Assembly (NCBI GenBank): GCA_963737065.1
Contig: CAVTRC010000001.1
Coordinates: 512,001-576,000 of the forward strand
Reading direction: 5' to 3'
From: Candidatus Eremiobacteria bacterium
Lineage (GTDB): Bacteria > Vulcanimicrobiota > Vulcanimicrobiia > Vulcanimicrobiales > Vulcanimicrobiaceae
Length of the DNA stretch: 64,000 bases
Shown: piece by piece, positions 19,939 to 29,740 of the stretch
How positions within the stretch are numbered: position 1 is the first letter of the stretch
Layout: each line of letters starts with the position of its first letter
The notes under the pieces: generated by a model
The model's input: only the letters and a program-made list of their open reading frames with translations
What the model was told of the DNA's origin: nothing
The model's database searches: none
Program-made: the position numbers and the translations under genes

Positions 19939-20588
19939 GTTCGCTCGCGGAAACGGACGCGATCGCCGGGGGCAAATAGCGCCGCCCCGCGGGAAGCGTC
20001 GAAGACCTCGACGTCGGTGCGGCCGATGATGTGCCATCCACCCGGTGACGCAAACGGATAGATGCCGGTATGATCGTGCGCGATCGCAACGGACCCGGCC
20101 GGGACGACGGCGCGCGGCACGTCGCGTCGCGGAAGGCGTAGCCGTTCGTCAACGTCACCCAAGTACGCGAATCCCGGCTGGAAACCGAGGAAATACACGA
20201 CATACTCGACCGACGTATGCAGCGCCACGATCTCGCGTTCGCTCACATCCGCGGCGTGCGCAACGGCCGAAATGTCGGGACCGCCCTCGCCGCCGTAGCG
20301 GACGTCGACAACCCGCACGGCGTGCGATTGCGCCGGCGACGGAACGTCACTCGCCCATGTTTCGCGCAGGCGGCGTTCTAAATCGCCGGCAGACGCGCTG
20401 CGTTCGTCGTAGAGCAGCGTCAGATTGTTCATGCCGGGTACGGATTCGCGCACGCCCGCCCACGTACGCGCATCGGCGTGCAACCGCCATATCCGCTCTT
20501 GGTTTTCCAAACGCTGCGAACCATGCACATCGACGATCAAGACGTTGGCACCGAGCCGCCGGAATTTAGGCGGGCCGAATTGATTCAT
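19935..20588 (-). CDS. pxpB: 5-oxoprolinase subunit PxpB (KipI family)
   Basis: YFLGFQPGFAYL, PAGSVAIA, IYPFASPGGWHIIGRT. Confidence 0.9.
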   Translation of the reverse strand: MNQFGPPKFRRLGANVLIVDVHGSQRLENQERIWRLHADARTWAGVRESVPGMNNLTLLYDERSASAGDLERRLRETWASDVPSPAQSHAVRVVDVRYGGEGGPDISAVAHAADVSEREIVALHTSVEYVVYFLGFQPGFAYLGDVDERLRLPRRDVPRAVVPAGSVAIAHDHTGIYPFASPGGWHIIGRTDVEVFDASRGAALFAPGDRVRFRERT

Positions 20589-20614
20589 ATGGAAGGCCAT
20601 TCGCTGGATCGGAT

Positions 20615-21448
20615 ATGAACCACCGCTCTATGCCGTCTCAGGAAGATCCCGCGTTGACGCCGCCCGTTACGGAAATTGTCGTCGATGTCCCGGGCTGGCA
20701 TCGAGTGAAGCCGCGCATCCCCGATACGCCGCAACGCCGTCAGTTGGAACGCCAGCGCAGCGTGCGTGAGATCGTGTTCGGCGTGCAAGACGGTATTCTA
20801 ACAACGCTTGGAATCATTACCGGCGTGGGCGTCGCGGAGGGCGATCGGGCTCCCGTCTTCATTAGCGGATTTCTCGCGCTGCTCGCCGGCGCACTCTCGA
20901 TGGGCGTCGGCGAATATCTCGGCGGAAAATCGGAACGCGAAGTCGTCCAAGCAACGATCGACATGGAACGCGGCGAGATGGCCGCCGATCCGCAAGCCGA
21001 ATTCGCCGAGCAAGTGGCGTATTACAAACTCAAGGGCTTCAGCGCGCAGGAAGCGCAGATGATCGTCACCCGCTTGACGCAACATCCGGAAATCTATCTG
21101 TATGAGATGATGCGCGATGAATTCGGCATCGATCCGCGCGTTGCCGAGGACCGCAGCCTCCGCGCGCCCTTTGCGATGGCGGCATCGTTCGCGGCCGGCT
21201 CGCTCTTGCCGATCGTCGCGTTCTTTTTGCCGATTTCGATGATGGCATCGGCGGTCGTAGCGCTCGGACTCGCCGTCATCGGGCTCTTCGGCGTCGGTGC
21301 ATATGCCGCGCGCACGAGCAATCGCCATCCAATCGGCAAAGGATTCGAAATCGTCGCGTATGGCTGCGTTGTGTTCGTCATCTCGTACTTGGCGGGGCAC
21401 TTCATTCCGCCGCTGTTCGGACACGCTCCCGTCGCGGTGGGCGGCTAG
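20615..21448 (+). CDS. VIT1/CCC1 family iron/manganese transporter
   Basis: REIVFGVQDGI, AGALSMGVGEYL, transmembrane helices. Confidence 0.9.
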   Translation: MNHRSMPSQEDPALTPPVTEIVVDVPGWHRVKPRIPDTPQRRQLERQRSVREIVFGVQDGILTTLGIITGVGVAEGDRAPVFISGFLALLAGALSMGVGEYLGGKSEREVVQATIDMERGEMAADPQAEFAEQVAYYKLKGFSAQEAQMIVTRLTQHPEIYLYEMMRDEFGIDPRVAEDRSLRAPFAMAASFAAGSLLPIVAFFLPISMMASAVVALGLAVIGLFGVGAYAARTSNRHPIGKGFEIVAYGCVVFVISYLAGHFIPPLFGHAPVAVGG

Positions 21449-21460
21449 TACGTAGCGTTC

Positions 21461-21930
21461 GTGCAACTCCTGGTGGGCATGGAAGCTCGCCATCGACAAA
21501 CCGGTCGTTATGGGCATATTGAATCTAACGCCGGATTCGTTTTTCGACGGCGGTCGCTACAGGACGACAGATCGCGCGCACGAGCGCGCGCTCCTACGCG
21601 AAGCACGTCGCGCGGATCGTCACGCACAATCCGACGGCGCTGAACAGCGGCACGCTGATCGCGTATCTGGACGTCGTGGACGAAGTGAAGCGCCAGCTGG
21701 AGCGTGCGGCATCCCAAAGGAGCGCGCTGCGGCGTGGACGGTGCGTCGGTTTATCCCTCGATCCCGGTCTCGAATTCCGAAAGCAGCCGAGCTGCTTCCC
21801 GCATCACTTGCGGGGGCAGCGCTCGCTGTTCTCAGGGACGGCAACCGTGCGGACCCATGGTGTAGGGGAAACGACGCAGTTCCTCAGAGCCTTTGGGCCC
21901 CATCGCCGCGCGGCAACATTGGGTAGGCTA
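21461..21930 (+). pseudogene. folP: Dihydropteroate synthase remnant
   Basis: VMGILNLTPDSFFDGGRY, DVVDEVK, LDPGLEF and TVRTHGVGET fragments spread over different frames within ~470 nt. Confidence 0.75.
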
Positions 21931-21935
21931 AAGAA

Positions 21936-22184
21936 GTGGACATCGACCTTGAACTGGCAAAGGCAAGTTTCCTCATTGCGCATGCCGACGATGCATTCCA
22001 GCGGTACCCGCACGGCAGCATCCAACGCGTCGCGTGGGAGAACTTGAAAGCGCACGTCGCAGCGTGGCGCGCGCAGCAATTTGCGCCGGATCCGACCGTC
22101 CGCATCGCGCAAGTCCACAACCTGCGCAAGCAATTCGATAACGTCAAAGCGTTACTATCCGAAGCGGGATTGATCGGCCGCTGA
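21936..22184 (+). CDS. Hypothetical protein (82 aa)
   Basis: Protein-like composition. Fills the gap before ettA. Confidence 0.55.
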   Translation: MDIDLELAKASFLIAHADDAFQRYPHGSIQRVAWENLKAHVAAWRAQQFAPDPTVRIAQVHNLRKQFDNVKALLSEAGLIGR

Positions 22185-22231
22185 CGCGTCCGAAGATGTG
22201 TTAAGACGCTTCAGCCCGAAGCGTCGGTGCC

Positions 22232-23899
22232 GTGTCGCAATACGTCTACTCTATGTATCGCGTCGGCAAGGCCGTTCCGCCGAAGCGACAGATCCTCAAA
22301 GACATCTCGCTCAGCTTCTTCCCTGGTGCGAAAATCGGCATCCTCGGCCTCAACGGCGCAGGGAAGTCGTCGTTACTGCGCATCATGGCGGGCGTCGATA
22401 CCGAGTTCGACGGTGAAGCGGCGCCCGCACCCAATTTGACGATCGGATATCTCGAACAAGAGCCGAAGCTCGATCCCGACAAAAGCGTGCGCGAAACCGT
22501 TGAAGAGGGACTCGGCGAACTCGTCGAGGCGCGCAATCGTCTGGATGCGCTCTACGCCGAGTATGCGAATCCGGATGCTGATTTCGATAAACTGGCCGAC
22601 GAACAATCGCGGTTGGAAGCGATCATTGCAGCGGCCGGCGACGATCCCGACCAGCAGTTGGAGATTGCGGCGGACGCGCTGCGCCTGCCGCCGTGGGACG
22701 CGAAGATCGGACCGCTTTCCGGCGGCGAAAAACGTCGCGTTGCACTCTGTCGTTTGTTGCTTTCCAAACCCGGCATGCTGCTGCTCGACGAACCGACGAA
22801 TCATCTCGATGCGGAGAGTGTCGAATGGCTGGAGCAGTTTTTGCAGCGCTTTCCCGGCACGGTCGTCGCCGTCACCCACGACCGCTACTTTCTCGATAAT
22901 GCCGCGCAGTGGATTCTCGAGCTCGATCGCGGACGCGGAATTCCGTGGAAGGGCAATTACAGCTCGTGGCTTGACCAAAAAGAACAGCGCTTGAAGCAAG
23001 AAGAGGCCGCTGAATCAGCGCGCCAAAAAGCGATCAAACGCGAACTCGAATGGGTGCGTCAAGGCACGAAGGCGCGGCAATCGAAGAGCAAAAGCCGTAT
23101 CGCGCGTTTTGAAGAACTTTCGAGTTACGATTATCAGCGGCGTAATGAAACGCAGGAAATCTTCATCCCCGTTGCGGAGCGCCTCGGCGACAAAGTGATC
23201 GAATTCAAAAAGGTTCGCAAAGCGTTCGGTGACCGGCTGCTCATGGACGACGTCACGTTCGCTATTCCCGCCGGCGCAATCGTCGGCATCATCGGCCCAA
23301 ACGGTGCGGGCAAAACGACGATGTTCAGAATGATCGGCGGTGAGGAACAACCGGACTCCGGCGAGATCGTCATCGGATCGAGCGTAAAACTCGCAACGGT
23401 CGATCAGAGCCGGGAATCGCTCGACGATTCGAAGACGGTGTGGGAAGACGTCAGCGGCGGGCTCGATATCCTGCAAGTGGGCCGATTCGAAATGCCCTCG
23501 CGCGCTTATCTCGGACGATTCAATTTCAAGGGCGGCGATCAACAAAAACCGGTCGGGTCGCTCTCAGGAGGCGAGCGCGGGCGGCTCCATCTCGCGAAGA
23601 CGCTTGTCACGGGCGCGAACGTACTGCTGCTCGACGAACCTTCGAACGATTTGGACGTCGAAACGCTGCGCGCGCTCGAAGACGCGCTTGCCGAGTTCGC
23701 GGGAACCGTCATGGTGATCAGTCACGACCGATGGTTCCTCGATCGGATCGCGACGCACGTTCTCGCGTTCGAAGGCGACAGTCAGGTCTATCTCTTCGAA
23801 GGCAATTATCAAGAATACGAAGCGGACAAAATTAAACGGCTCGGCGAAGAAGCCGCGCGTCCGAAGCGGATTCGATATCGGCCCCTAAGCCTGAACTAG
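22232..23899 (+). CDS. ettA: Energy-dependent translational throttle protein (ABC-F)
   Basis: 555 aa. ILKDISLSFFPGAKIG, two Walker A motifs, LSGGE, GIPWKGNYSSWL. Confidence 0.95.
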   Translation: MSQYVYSMYRVGKAVPPKRQILKDISLSFFPGAKIGILGLNGAGKSSLLRIMAGVDTEFDGEAAPAPNLTIGYLEQEPKLDPDKSVRETVEEGLGELVEARNRLDALYAEYANPDADFDKLADEQSRLEAIIAAAGDDPDQQLEIAADALRLPPWDAKIGPLSGGEKRRVALCRLLLSKPGMLLLDEPTNHLDAESVEWLEQFLQRFPGTVVAVTHDRYFLDNAAQWILELDRGRGIPWKGNYSSWLDQKEQRLKQEEAAESARQKAIKRELEWVRQGTKARQSKSKSRIARFEELSSYDYQRRNETQEIFIPVAERLGDKVIEFKKVRKAFGDRLLMDDVTFAIPAGAIVGIIGPNGAGKTTMFRMIGGEEQPDSGEIVIGSSVKLATVDQSRESLDDSKTVWEDVSGGLDILQVGRFEMPSRAYLGRFNFKGGDQQKPVGSLSGGERGRLHLAKTLVTGANVLLLDEPSNDLDVETLRALEDALAEFAGTVMVISHDRWFLDRIATHVLAFEGDSQVYLFEGNYQEYEADKIKRLGEEAARPKRIRYRPLSLN

Positions 23900-24234
23900 C
23901 GTTTCGCGAAAAGCCGCTGGTTCGTTCGCTTGCCGGGCCGTGGCGGGCGAACGGCTTCCGGCCCGCTCCGATGCGTCCAACCAAAGACATCCGGGCGTCG
24001 TAGAATATCGATCGCCAATTCACGCGGAACGGCGAGCGGCAAACCGCACTCGATGCAGCGGTCGAGAAACTCGCTTAGCCAGCCTTGTGGCTGCTCATGC
24101 AGGGGAGTCTCGTAGAGCGTCCGGGCGAATTCGAGGTACAGGCGCGCGAACAACAGCCGCTGCTCTTCAGTGATCTCGTATCCGAAGAGCCATTGCGGAG
24201 CTGGCATCGCCGTAATTTCGAGGGTGGGGTCCAT
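23896..24234 (-). CDS. Hypothetical protein (112 aa)
   Basis: GAGG RBS before the ATG. Protein-like composition. Confidence 0.55.
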   Translation of the reverse strand: MDPTLEITAMPAPQWLFGYEITEEQRLLFARLYLEFARTLYETPLHEQPQGWLSEFLDRCIECGLPLAVPRELAIDILRRPDVFGWTHRSGPEAVRPPRPGKRTNQRLFAKR

Positions 24235-24576
24235 TGGTAGACCTCGACTTTTACATGGCAGGCGCGGCTAAGGTATTCGTTATCACCCCCGGAACGATCA
24301 TTGTAGCGTATAACGGGGCTGTCGAGGACCCCCCGCTTGGCTTCATTATCGAAATACGGGACGTTGCTCCATCATCTTGCCCGAGCAGAAGCCGTACCTC
24401 AGGTGGTTGGCCGGGTCGTGACACTTCGGCGCAATGAGAGGGGACCGTCTCCATCGCGTGATGCGCCGCTCTGACGCGCACTGCTCGCGCAGCGTCTTGC
24501 GGTGATGCTTTAGCGCGTGCGCGACGCGCGCTTTGCGAGCGGAGGAATCCGCGAAACCGCGCGCTAGCTTACGCGC

Positions 24577-25398
24577 ATGCTTCGGTTCGGAATCGATCTT
24601 GGCGGCACAAAGACGGAGCTCATCGCACTTAGCGCAGACAACGAACCGCTGCTTCGCCGGCGAGTTCCAACGCCGCGCGGCGACTACGATGCAACCATTG
24701 CAACGATTGCGACGCTGGTGCGCGATGCAGAACGGAACCTTGGTGCCCGTGGCAGCGTCGGCATCGGAACGCCGGGCGCGCTCTCGTTGGCAAACCGCCG
24801 CATCAAGAACGCGAACAGCACGTGGCTCTTGGGGAAAGCGCTGCAAGACGACCTCGAATCGGCGCTCGGGCGCGCCGTGCGAATCACGAACGATGCAAAT
24901 GCATTCGCGCTTTCCGAAGCGACCGACGGCGCCGCCTCGCACGCCCGCTTTGTGTTCGCGGTTATTCTCGGCACCGGGGTCGGTGGCGGCATTGCCGTCG
25001 ATCGCCGGGTTCACGACGGCCCGAACGCAATCGGCGGCGAGTGGGGACACGTGTCGCTTCCGTGGCCGAACGCCGGCGAACTTCCGGGACCGTCGTGCTA
25101 TTGCGGGAACAACGGGTGCATCGAAACGTTTTTGTCGGGACCTGCGCTCGAACGCGATCGATCGATCGAACGCTATGAAGACCGTCTGGCACGCGCGCTT
25201 TCGATGATCGTAAATATCATCGACCCCGACACGATCGTTCTCGGGGGCGGCGTTTCGAACCTCACCCGCCTATATGAAACGACACCCGCATTGATGCGGG
25301 CGCACGTTTTCTCGGACACATTCGCGACGCCGATCGTGCGCGCGATGCACGGAGACTCGAGCGGTGTACGGGGCGCCGCAATGCTTTGGAATGGATAG
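24577..25398 (+). CDS. ROK-family sugar kinase (fructokinase/Mak-like)
   Basis: GIDLGGTK, NDANAFALSE, GEWGH, CYCG..GCIE, HGDSSGVRGAA. Confidence 0.9.
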   Translation: MLRFGIDLGGTKTELIALSADNEPLLRRRVPTPRGDYDATIATIATLVRDAERNLGARGSVGIGTPGALSLANRRIKNANSTWLLGKALQDDLESALGRAVRITNDANAFALSEATDGAASHARFVFAVILGTGVGGGIAVDRRVHDGPNAIGGEWGHVSLPWPNAGELPGPSCYCGNNGCIETFLSGPALERDRSIERYEDRLARALSMIVNIIDPDTIVLGGGVSNLTRLYETTPALMRAHVFSDTFATPIVRAMHGDSSGVRGAAMLWNG

Positions 25399-25469
25399 GC
25401 GACGGTGCTCTCCGCCTGGATTGCGCGCCCGGCGATTCCCCAGGACGAGCGAGTGGGTACAGGAGCACT

Positions 25470-26381
25470 ATGGCGGATCAAAAACCGGCGCCGTCGTTCG
25501 GCAACAATCCGTTCTTCGACGTCATCGTTCGTGCTACGCAAGACCAACCGGTTCTTCAAGAGCTTGCCGGTGCCGTTCAACCCGCGATCAAACGCGCGTT
25601 GGGCACTCCGCGCCCGTTAAAGGACTTCCTCCACGGGGTTTGGGTGGGACACCCGCTCCACCCCGTCTTGACCGACGTGCCGATCGGCGCGTGGACGATG
25701 GCATGCGTCTTCGATGCGCTCTATACGGTGGACGGACGCGCCGATACGGCTCGCGCGGCCGACATCTGCATCGCGACCGGCATCGCGGGCGCGGTGGGCG
25801 CCGCATTGACCGGGCTCGCGGACTGGAGCGAAACATACGGCCGACCTGCTCGCATCGGCGTCGTGCATGCGACATCGAACACGATCGCGCTCTCGCTCTA
25901 CACTGCGTCGTTCTTCTTGCGCAGACGTAATCGTCGGAGGGGAATCGTTGCGTCGATTGCGGGCTATGCGTTCGCGACGATCGGCGCCGGACTCGGGGGC
26001 CACCTCGTCTTCGGCGAAAACCAGGGCGTCAACCACGCCGCCGCCGATGATCTGCCGACGGAGTGGCTCCGGTTGCTGCCGATGGACGAACTGATGGATG
26101 GCAAACCACACCGGGCGAAATTGAAAGATCGCGACATCGTTCTCGTCCGTAACGGCGGCAGTACGCATGCGCTCCTCGATGCATGCGCGCACCTCGGCGG
26201 CCCGCTGCACAAAGGCACCGTGGATGAGTGTAGCATCACGTGTCCTTGGCACGGTTCCCGCTTTTCACTCATCGACGGCCGCGTGATGAACGGCCCGGCG
26301 ACGTTAAGTCAGCCAACACTCGAAACGCGTATCGTCGACGGCTACGTCGAAGTCCGGGCGTTCGCATCCGAAGCGCCGTAG
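25470..26381 (+). CDS. DUF2231-like membrane domain plus Rieske [2Fe-2S] protein
   Basis: LHGVWVGHPLHPVLTDVPIG, CAHLGGPL and CPWHGSRF. AGGAG RBS. Confidence 0.9.
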   Translation: MADQKPAPSFGNNPFFDVIVRATQDQPVLQELAGAVQPAIKRALGTPRPLKDFLHGVWVGHPLHPVLTDVPIGAWTMACVFDALYTVDGRADTARAADICIATGIAGAVGAALTGLADWSETYGRPARIGVVHATSNTIALSLYTASFFLRRRNRRRGIVASIAGYAFATIGAGLGGHLVFGENQGVNHAAADDLPTEWLRLLPMDELMDGKPHRAKLKDRDIVLVRNGGSTHALLDACAHLGGPLHKGTVDECSITCPWHGSRFSLIDGRVMNGPATLSQPTLETRIVDGYVEVRAFASEAP

Positions 26382-26396
26382 ACCGCGTGCGTCGCC

Positions 26397-29300
26397 TTAG
26401 CGTTCGCTCTTCGCTTTATCGAGCAGCGGCTGCAGCTCGCGGCCGATGTCGTCCAGTTGCTTCGCGTACGTGTTCATCGCGTCGGCCTGCGCCTGCGTCG
26501 GGCCGGTGAACGACGTTCCCATGATGTGTCGCAGGTAGGCGATTTGATCGACGACTTGCGCGGGCTGTTGGTAGCCCGCATTTTGGCTTCCGTTGCCGTT
26601 GCGCAGTTTGTCTTCTTCGGTGCTCAGTTGTGCGGTAAGTTTAGGATCGCGTTTCGCCAAACGCTTCTTGTCGTCGTCCACTTGGGCAATCCACGTTTCG
26701 CCGCGTTCTTGCATGTCTGCGAGTTTCGCGATCGTGTCGTACTGCGCGTGCAGGTCTGCTAAGGTTGAAGTGACGGACGGGTCCATCTTCACGGTAACGG
26801 GCACGGTAAGCGTTTGGCCGCGCGCTTTGAGCTGCACGGTGTACTGACCGGGCAATACCTCCGGACCTTCAACGTCGAGCGGATAGAACACGTAAAACGG
26901 GCGTTTGTCTTGCTTTGCGTTTTTACCGGCGCTCGTGTCGGTCGTCAAATCCCACGTGACCCGGTTGATGCCGTCCCCGGTCGTGGCCTTTAGATGCTTG
27001 ATGATGCGCGTACCGTCGAGAATATTGATCTCGATGGTTTCCTTCGGCGCCTTTTTTTTCGGCGGCGCCTTCGGTTTTGGTGTGGGCTTCAGGTAGTACG
27101 AAATGACGGTCGCGTACGCTTTATTATCCGAAATGAATTCGCCCCGCCCGACATATCGGAACGGCCTGGCCGTATAGCGCCAAGCTACCGGAGGCGCGAA
27201 GAGCGCCACGCCGGACTGCGTTGCCCGCGCGAGGTTTTCGAGCGGCGCGATGTCGTCGAGGATCGTGAAACCGCGGCCATGCGTGCCCGCAATGAGGTCG
27301 TTGAAATCCGGTTGGATTTGCAGATCGTAGACGGGAAGGTGCACGAGATTCAGATGCAGGTCGCTCCAATGTCCGCCCGCGTCAAACGAAACGTAAATGC
27401 CGTCTTCGCAGCCGGCAAAGAGCAGATTCGGTTGTCGCGGATCTTGGCGGATCGCATATGCCCATAGATTCAGGCCGTTGACGATGGACGTCCACGACTT
27501 TCCGCCGTCATGCGTCACGTAAACATACGGTTTCGTGTCGCCGAACCGGTGGCGATCGAAGGTAATGTAGACGACGTTCGCGTCGCTTTGCGATGTGTCG
27601 ATCGATTGAACCCAAGACTGTGCCGGAAGACCCGGGAAAGCGTTGCTGACATCGTGCCAGGTTGTGCCGCCATCGGTCGTATAGTCGACGTGACCGTTGT
27701 CCGTACCGGCCCACAATGCGGTCGCATTTTCTGCTAACGCGTAGATCGTGCAATAGGCTTCCGCGTTGGTGTTGTCGTGCGAAATCGGTCCACCGCTGCG
27801 GCCGAGATCCGAGGACGGACACGGTTGCGAAAGATCGCTGCTAATGGCATCCCACGCCTGTCCGGCATTGCGCGTGCGAAATAAAACGTTGCCGCCGAAA
27901 TACACCGTGCCCGGCGAAACCTGCGATACCATCAACGGTGCGCTCCAATTGAAGCGGTAACGCCACGCGCCCGCTCCGGTGCCGAACGTGATGAGCGGCT
28001 GCGGTCCGATCAACCGCGCTTCACCGGTCGTCAAGTTTCGCAACGTGATGTCGCCGAAGTGCGTGTTCGCATAGATGATATTCGGGTTCGCAGCATCCGG
28101 TTTGGCGTACTGACCGTCGCCCCACTCGACGATGTTCTTCCAGGCGCCGTTCCCAACGCCCGCACCGTTCCATACGCTATTCGGTCCCCACCAGACTTCG
28201 TTGTCTTGAAATCCGCCCATGATATGGTACGGGACGTCGCGATCGTATCCGACGCGATAGACTTGACCGAACGGAACGATATTGTCGTAGTCCCACGTCT
28301 TGCCGTCGTCCATTGACATGCTGAAACCTTGATCGAATCCGAGCAGCACGCGTTTCGTATTCGTCGGATCGATCCAAAGGTCGTGATTGTCGCCGCCGGC
28401 CTCAACCGACTTGAACGTTTTGCCGCCGTCTTTCGAGCGCTTCAGTCCCCCGGAAACGATCCAGACGTCGTTCGGATTATCCGGGTTGACGCGAACTTGC
28501 GAAAAATAAAACGGGCGGAAGACGAGATCTTTGTCGGCGTTCACGAGCTTCCACGACGTTCCGCCGTCATCCGAGCGGTACAACGTGCTCTTCGCCGTCG
28601 GCACGATCGCATAGACGACGTTCGAGTGATGTGCGCAAAGCGACACGCCGACGCGGTTGATGATCCCGCCGGGAAGCCCGTTATGCAGATTTCCATCCGT
28701 CAGTCGTTTCCACGAGCTTCCGCCGTCGGTCGACTTCCACAGTCCGCTTCCGACGCCGCCGCCGCGAAACGTCCACGGCCGGCGCAAATAATCGAACGTG
28801 CCCGCGAACGCAACCGACGCGTTCGTCGGATCGAAGATGACGTCGGCGCCGCCCGTGGTCGCATTGACGTACAACGTGCGCGTCCACGTTTTTCCGCCGT
28901 CAGTCGTCCGATAAATTCCACGATCGCCACCCGGCGTAAACTCCGTTCCCATGGCGGCCACGAGCGCCGTATTCGGATCGTGGGGATCGACCGCGATGCG
29001 CGCGATGTGCTGCGTGTTTTCGAGCCCGATGTGATGCCACGTTGCGCCGGCGTCGTGCGAGATGTATACGCCGTCACCGATGGCTGCGGTGTTGCGCGGA
29101 AATCCTTCGCCCGTTCCGACGTAGAGCGTTTTCGCATCCGACGGCGCGACGGCGACGGCACCGATCGACGACGAGCGGCCTTGATCGAAAATCGACGTGA
29201 ACGTCGTTCCCGCGTCGGTGGATTTATACAGTCCGCCGGACGAGTGCCCCAAATAGATCGTCGTCGCATCGCCCGGGATGCCCGCTACCGCATCGAGCCG

Positions 29301-29510
29301 GCCACCCATCACGGCGGGGCCGACTTCACGCCACGCGAGTGCGCCGAAATCCTTCGGCGCAATCGTTGCGCTCGCGTTGACGACCGGACCGAACGCGGCC
29401 TGCGGCAACGCGCTCTGCGTCGCTTGCGGCGATGACGTTGCTCCCGGTTGTTGCGGCGTGCAGGCAGCAACGGAAATGCATGCGGACATAACGATCCACC
29501 GAGCGTTCAA
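26397..29510 (-). CDS. VPS10/BNR (Asp-box) repeat glycosyl-hydrolase-like lipoprotein
   Basis: VAAC lipobox, WREVGPAVMGGR, many S/T-x-DGG-x-T/S-W Asp boxes. Confidence 0.85.
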   Translation of the reverse strand: MNARWIVMSACISVAACTPQQPGATSSPQATQSALPQAAFGPVVNASATIAPKDFGALAWREVGPAVMGGRLDAVAGIPGDATTIYLGHSSGGLYKSTDAGTTFTSIFDQGRSSSIGAVAVAPSDAKTLYVGTGEGFPRNTAAIGDGVYISHDAGATWHHIGLENTQHIARIAVDPHDPNTALVAAMGTEFTPGGDRGIYRTTDGGKTWTRTLYVNATTGGADVIFDPTNASVAFAGTFDYLRRPWTFRGGGVGSGLWKSTDGGSSWKRLTDGNLHNGLPGGIINRVGVSLCAHHSNVVYAIVPTAKSTLYRSDDGGTSWKLVNADKDLVFRPFYFSQVRVNPDNPNDVWIVSGGLKRSKDGGKTFKSVEAGGDNHDLWIDPTNTKRVLLGFDQGFSMSMDDGKTWDYDNIVPFGQVYRVGYDRDVPYHIMGGFQDNEVWWGPNSVWNGAGVGNGAWKNIVEWGDGQYAKPDAANPNIIYANTHFGDITLRNLTTGEARLIGPQPLITFGTGAGAWRYRFNWSAPLMVSQVSPGTVYFGGNVLFRTRNAGQAWDAISSDLSQPCPSSDLGRSGGPISHDNTNAEAYCTIYALAENATALWAGTDNGHVDYTTDGGTTWHDVSNAFPGLPAQSWVQSIDTSQSDANVVYITFDRHRFGDTKPYVYVTHDGGKSWTSIVNGLNLWAYAIRQDPRQPNLLFAGCEDGIYVSFDAGGHWSDLHLNLVHLPVYDLQIQPDFNDLIAGTHGRGFTILDDIAPLENLARATQSGVALFAPPVAWRYTARPFRYVGRGEFISDNKAYATVISYYLKPTPKPKAPPKKKAPKETIEINILDGTRIIKHLKATTGDGINRVTWDLTTDTSAGKNAKQDKRPFYVFYPLDVEGPEVLPGQYTVQLKARGQTLTVPVTVKMDPSVTSTLADLHAQYDTIAKLADMQERGETWIAQVDDDKKRLAKRDPKLTAQLSTEEDKLRNGNGSQNAGYQQPAQVVDQIAYLRHIMGTSFTGPTQAQADAMNTYAKQLDDIGRELQPLLDKAKSER

Positions 29511-29568
29511 TCAACGTCCTCCCTAAAGTTGATAATCGCGTTTCGTTACGGGGTAACCTATTGCCGCT

Positions 29569-29733
29569 ATGAGTATCCTGTTGGAAATGCCGCGGCCCGA
29601 CCCGGGGCCGGTCTCGCCGAATCCGCCCAACCCCGCACCCGGCGAACCGACGATTCCGGAAAACGAGCCGATCGATCCGGTCAGCGATCCGATGCAGTCG
29701 GACGATCCGGTTTTCCCGGGCCCGGGCGCCTAA
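29569..29733 (+). CDS. Small Pro/Asp-rich protein (54 aa)
   Basis: MSILLEMPRPDPGPVSPNPPNPAPGEPTIPENEPIDPVSDPMQSDDPVFPGPGA, below the track cutoff. Fills the gap between the two VPS10 genes on the opposite strand. Confidence 0.5.
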   Translation: MSILLEMPRPDPGPVSPNPPNPAPGEPTIPENEPIDPVSDPMQSDDPVFPGPGA

Positions 29734-29740
29734 TGTTCGT

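Noticed and set aside
25434..29556. GGGTA motifs before the Rieske and microprotein genes as SigB/SigF promoters
   Set aside because: The -35 elements are inconsistent, and the short motif is expected by chance.
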